Assembly (NCBI GenBank): GCA_046313635.1 | Contig: JBKBYA010000005.1 | Span: 125,483-189,482 of the forward strand | Reading direction: 5' to 3' | DNA length: 64,000 nucleotides | From: Pyrinomonadaceae bacterium | GTDB lineage: Bacteria > Acidobacteriota > Blastocatellia > Pyrinomonadales > Pyrinomonadaceae | Part shown: positions 62,147-64,000 of the stretch, one piece after another | Layout: every line of letters begins with the position of its first letter | Position numbering within the stretch: position 1 is the first letter of the stretch | Program-made: the position numbers and the translations under genes | Notes under the pieces: generated by a model | Databases searched by the model: none | What the model was told of the DNA's origin: nothing | What the model saw: only the letters and a program-made list of their open reading frames with translations

Positions 62147-64000
62147 ATGAAACATTTTTCTTCGAGCCCAGGATCGATCCTTGTGTCCGCGGCGTTTATA
62201 TTTTTGGCGGCGGCATTTTTTATGAAAGACGGAATCGTAACATCAGCTCAGCAGCAAACCGGCGACTCGACAAACCCATTGACGCAGGCTTGGACGGGGC
62301 CGTACGGCGGCGTACCGCCCTTCGACAAGGTGAAGGTCGCCGACTTTAAACCGGCACTCGAGGCCGCGATGGCGGAGAATCTCGCCGAGGTCGAAAAGAT
62401 CGCCGGCAGCTCGGCCGCGCCGACCTTTGAAAACACGATCGCCGCGATGGAGCGCAGCGGCCGCACGCTCGACCGCGTGCAGGTCATCTATGGCATTTGG
62501 GGATCGAATCTCAGCACGCCCGAGTTTCAGGCCGTCGAAGAAGAGATGGACCCGAAGCTCGCCGCGCACTACGACAAGATCACTCAGAATCAGGCCCTCT
62601 TCAAACGCATCGAGGCGGTCTATGATTCGCCCGCGAGATCAAAGCTCACGCCCGAGCAGCAGCGGCTGACCTGGCGGTATTACACCAACTTTGTCCGCTC
62701 GGGCGCCAAGCTCGACGACAAGGCAAAGGCCCGTCTCTCCGAGATCAACCAAGCGCTGGCAAAGGCGTTCACAAAATTCAGCCAGAATCTGCTTGCCGAC
62801 GAGAGCGAGCCGTACCTCGCTCTCAAGACCGAGGACGATCTCGCCGGTCTGCCGCAGTCGCTGCGCGACAACTATGCAGAGGAGGCCAAACGGCGCAAGG
62901 TCGACGCTCTCGGCGCCGTGGCCAACACGCGTTCGTCGATCGAACCTTTTCTGACGTATTCGAGCCGCCGCGATCTGCGCGAGCAGGCCTGGAAGCTCTT
63001 CGTCAACCGCGGTGACAACGGCGACGCGCACGACAACAACCAGATCATCAGCGAGATCCTCCAGCTGCGGGCCGAGCGTGCCAAGCTTCTCGGCTTTGCG
63101 ACCCATGCCCATTACCGTCTCGACAACACGATGGCCAAGACGCCCGAACGCGCGATGGAGCTGATGGAAGCGGTCTGGAAGCCCGCAGTCGCACGCGTTC
63201 GCGAGGAGGTCGCCGATATGCAGGCTCTCGCCGACAAGGAAGGCGCAAAGATCAAGATCGAGCCGTGGGATTATCGCTACTACGCCGAAAAGGTCCGCAA
63301 GGCCAAGTACGATATCGACCAGAATGAAGTCAAGCCATATATGCAGCTCGATAAGATGCGCGAGGCGATGTTCTGGGTCGCGGGAGAGCTATTCAATTTC
63401 AAGTTCACGCCGGTCTCGAATGTGCCCGTCTTTCACCCGGACGTCCGCGTGTGGGAGGTCACCGAAAAGTCGAGCGGCAAGCACGTCGGCCTTTGGTACT
63501 TCGATCCTTTCGCGCGGCCCGGCAAGCGCTCAGGCGCGTGGATGAACTCGTACCGCAGCCAGGAGCGAATGGACGGTAAAGAGATCACGACGATCGTCTC
63601 CAACAACTCGAACTTCATCAAGGGCAAGCCCGGCGAGCCGGTGCTGATCTCTTGGGACGACGCGATCACATTGTTTCACGAGTTTGGCCACGCGCTGCAC
63701 GGACTGTCTTCGAACACCACCTATCCCTCCCTGTCGGGCACAAACACGGCGCGCGACTTTGTCGAGTTCCCTTCGCAGCTGCTCGAGCACTGGGTCGAGA
63801 CGCCTGAGGTCTTGCAGAAGTACGCCGTTCACTACCAGACGGGCAAACCGATCCCGAAGGAACTCGTCGACAAGCTCGAGCGTGCGTCGAAATTCAACCA
63901 GGGCTTTGCAACGGTCGAGTATCTCGCGAGCGCTCTGGTCGATATGAAGCTGCACCTCGCCGGCGACAAAAAGATCGACGTCGACAAGTTCGAACGCGAC
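62147..64000 (+). CDS. M3 family metallopeptidase (peptidyl-dipeptidase Dcp-like), truncated by the window end
   Basis: Not in the ORF track because there is no stop; reads MKHF...NPL..W.GPYGGVPPFD, PTFENTI, PWDYRYY, KRSGAWM, LFHEFGHALHG, DFVEFPSQ. Confidence 0.93.
   Translation, partial: MKHFSSSPGSILVSAAFIFLAAAFFMKDGIVTSAQQQTGDSTNPLTQAWTGPYGGVPPFDKVKVADFKPALEAAMAENLAEVEKIAGSSAAPTFENTIAAMERSGRTLDRVQVIYGIWGSNLSTPEFQAVEEEMDPKLAAHYDKITQNQALFKRIEAVYDSPARSKLTPEQQRLTWRYYTNFVRSGAKLDDKAKARLSEINQALAKAFTKFSQNLLADESEPYLALKTEDDLAGLPQSLRDNYAEEAKRRKVDALGAVANTRSSIEPFLTYSSRRDLREQAWKLFVNRGDNGDAHDNNQIISEILQLRAERAKLLGFATHAHYRLDNTMAKTPERAMELMEAVWKPAVARVREEVADMQALADKEGAKIKIEPWDYRYYAEKVRKAKYDIDQNEVKPYMQLDKMREAMFWVAGELFNFKFTPVSNVPVFHPDVRVWEVTEKSSGKHVGLWYFDPFARPGKRSGAWMNSYRSQERMDGKEITTIVSNNSNFIKGKPGEPVLISWDDAITLFHEFGHALHGLSSNTTYPSLSGTNTARDFVEFPSQLLEHWVETPEVLQKYAVHYQTGKPIPKELVDKLERASKFNQGFATVEYLASALVDMKLHLAGDKKIDVDKFERD

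Overview
GC-rich bacterial chromosomal window. The gene repertoire (three acidobacterial-type VWA proteins, TonB/ExbB/ExbD style, many TPR proteins) suggests Acidobacteriota, probably Blastocatellia; this is inference. It is mostly housekeeping and envelope genes: lpxC 3' end, gnd, pilB/pilC, guaB, rpmB, rel, tonB-exbB-exbD-exbD, der-tgt-yajC-secD-secF, kdsD, alpha-2-macroglobulin, pspA, pilT, an ECF sigma/anti-sigma pair, a Ser/Thr kinase, tRNA-Arg(ACG) and an M3 peptidase running off the end. I saw no transposase, integrase, prophage or CRISPR array. The most unusual items are: (1) a ~165-nt rod-shaped structured RNA candidate between the ECF sigma and its anti-sigma gene; (2) a minimal microcompartment locus with two BMC-H shells, an acylating aldehyde dehydrogenase and a zinc-ribbon membrane protein; (3) two copies of a REP-like palindrome translated in frame inside the alpha-2-macroglobulin, whose bait region also resembles a TonB-receptor plug; (4) pspA paired with an uncharacterised 2-TM helical protein; (5) a recurring AAC-N17-CGT ECF-type promoter; (6) an exact 14-bp motif repeated ahead of tonB and exbB; (7) a ~65-aa insertion in Gnd. 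All calls come from motif recognition by eye, and start codons are best estimates.
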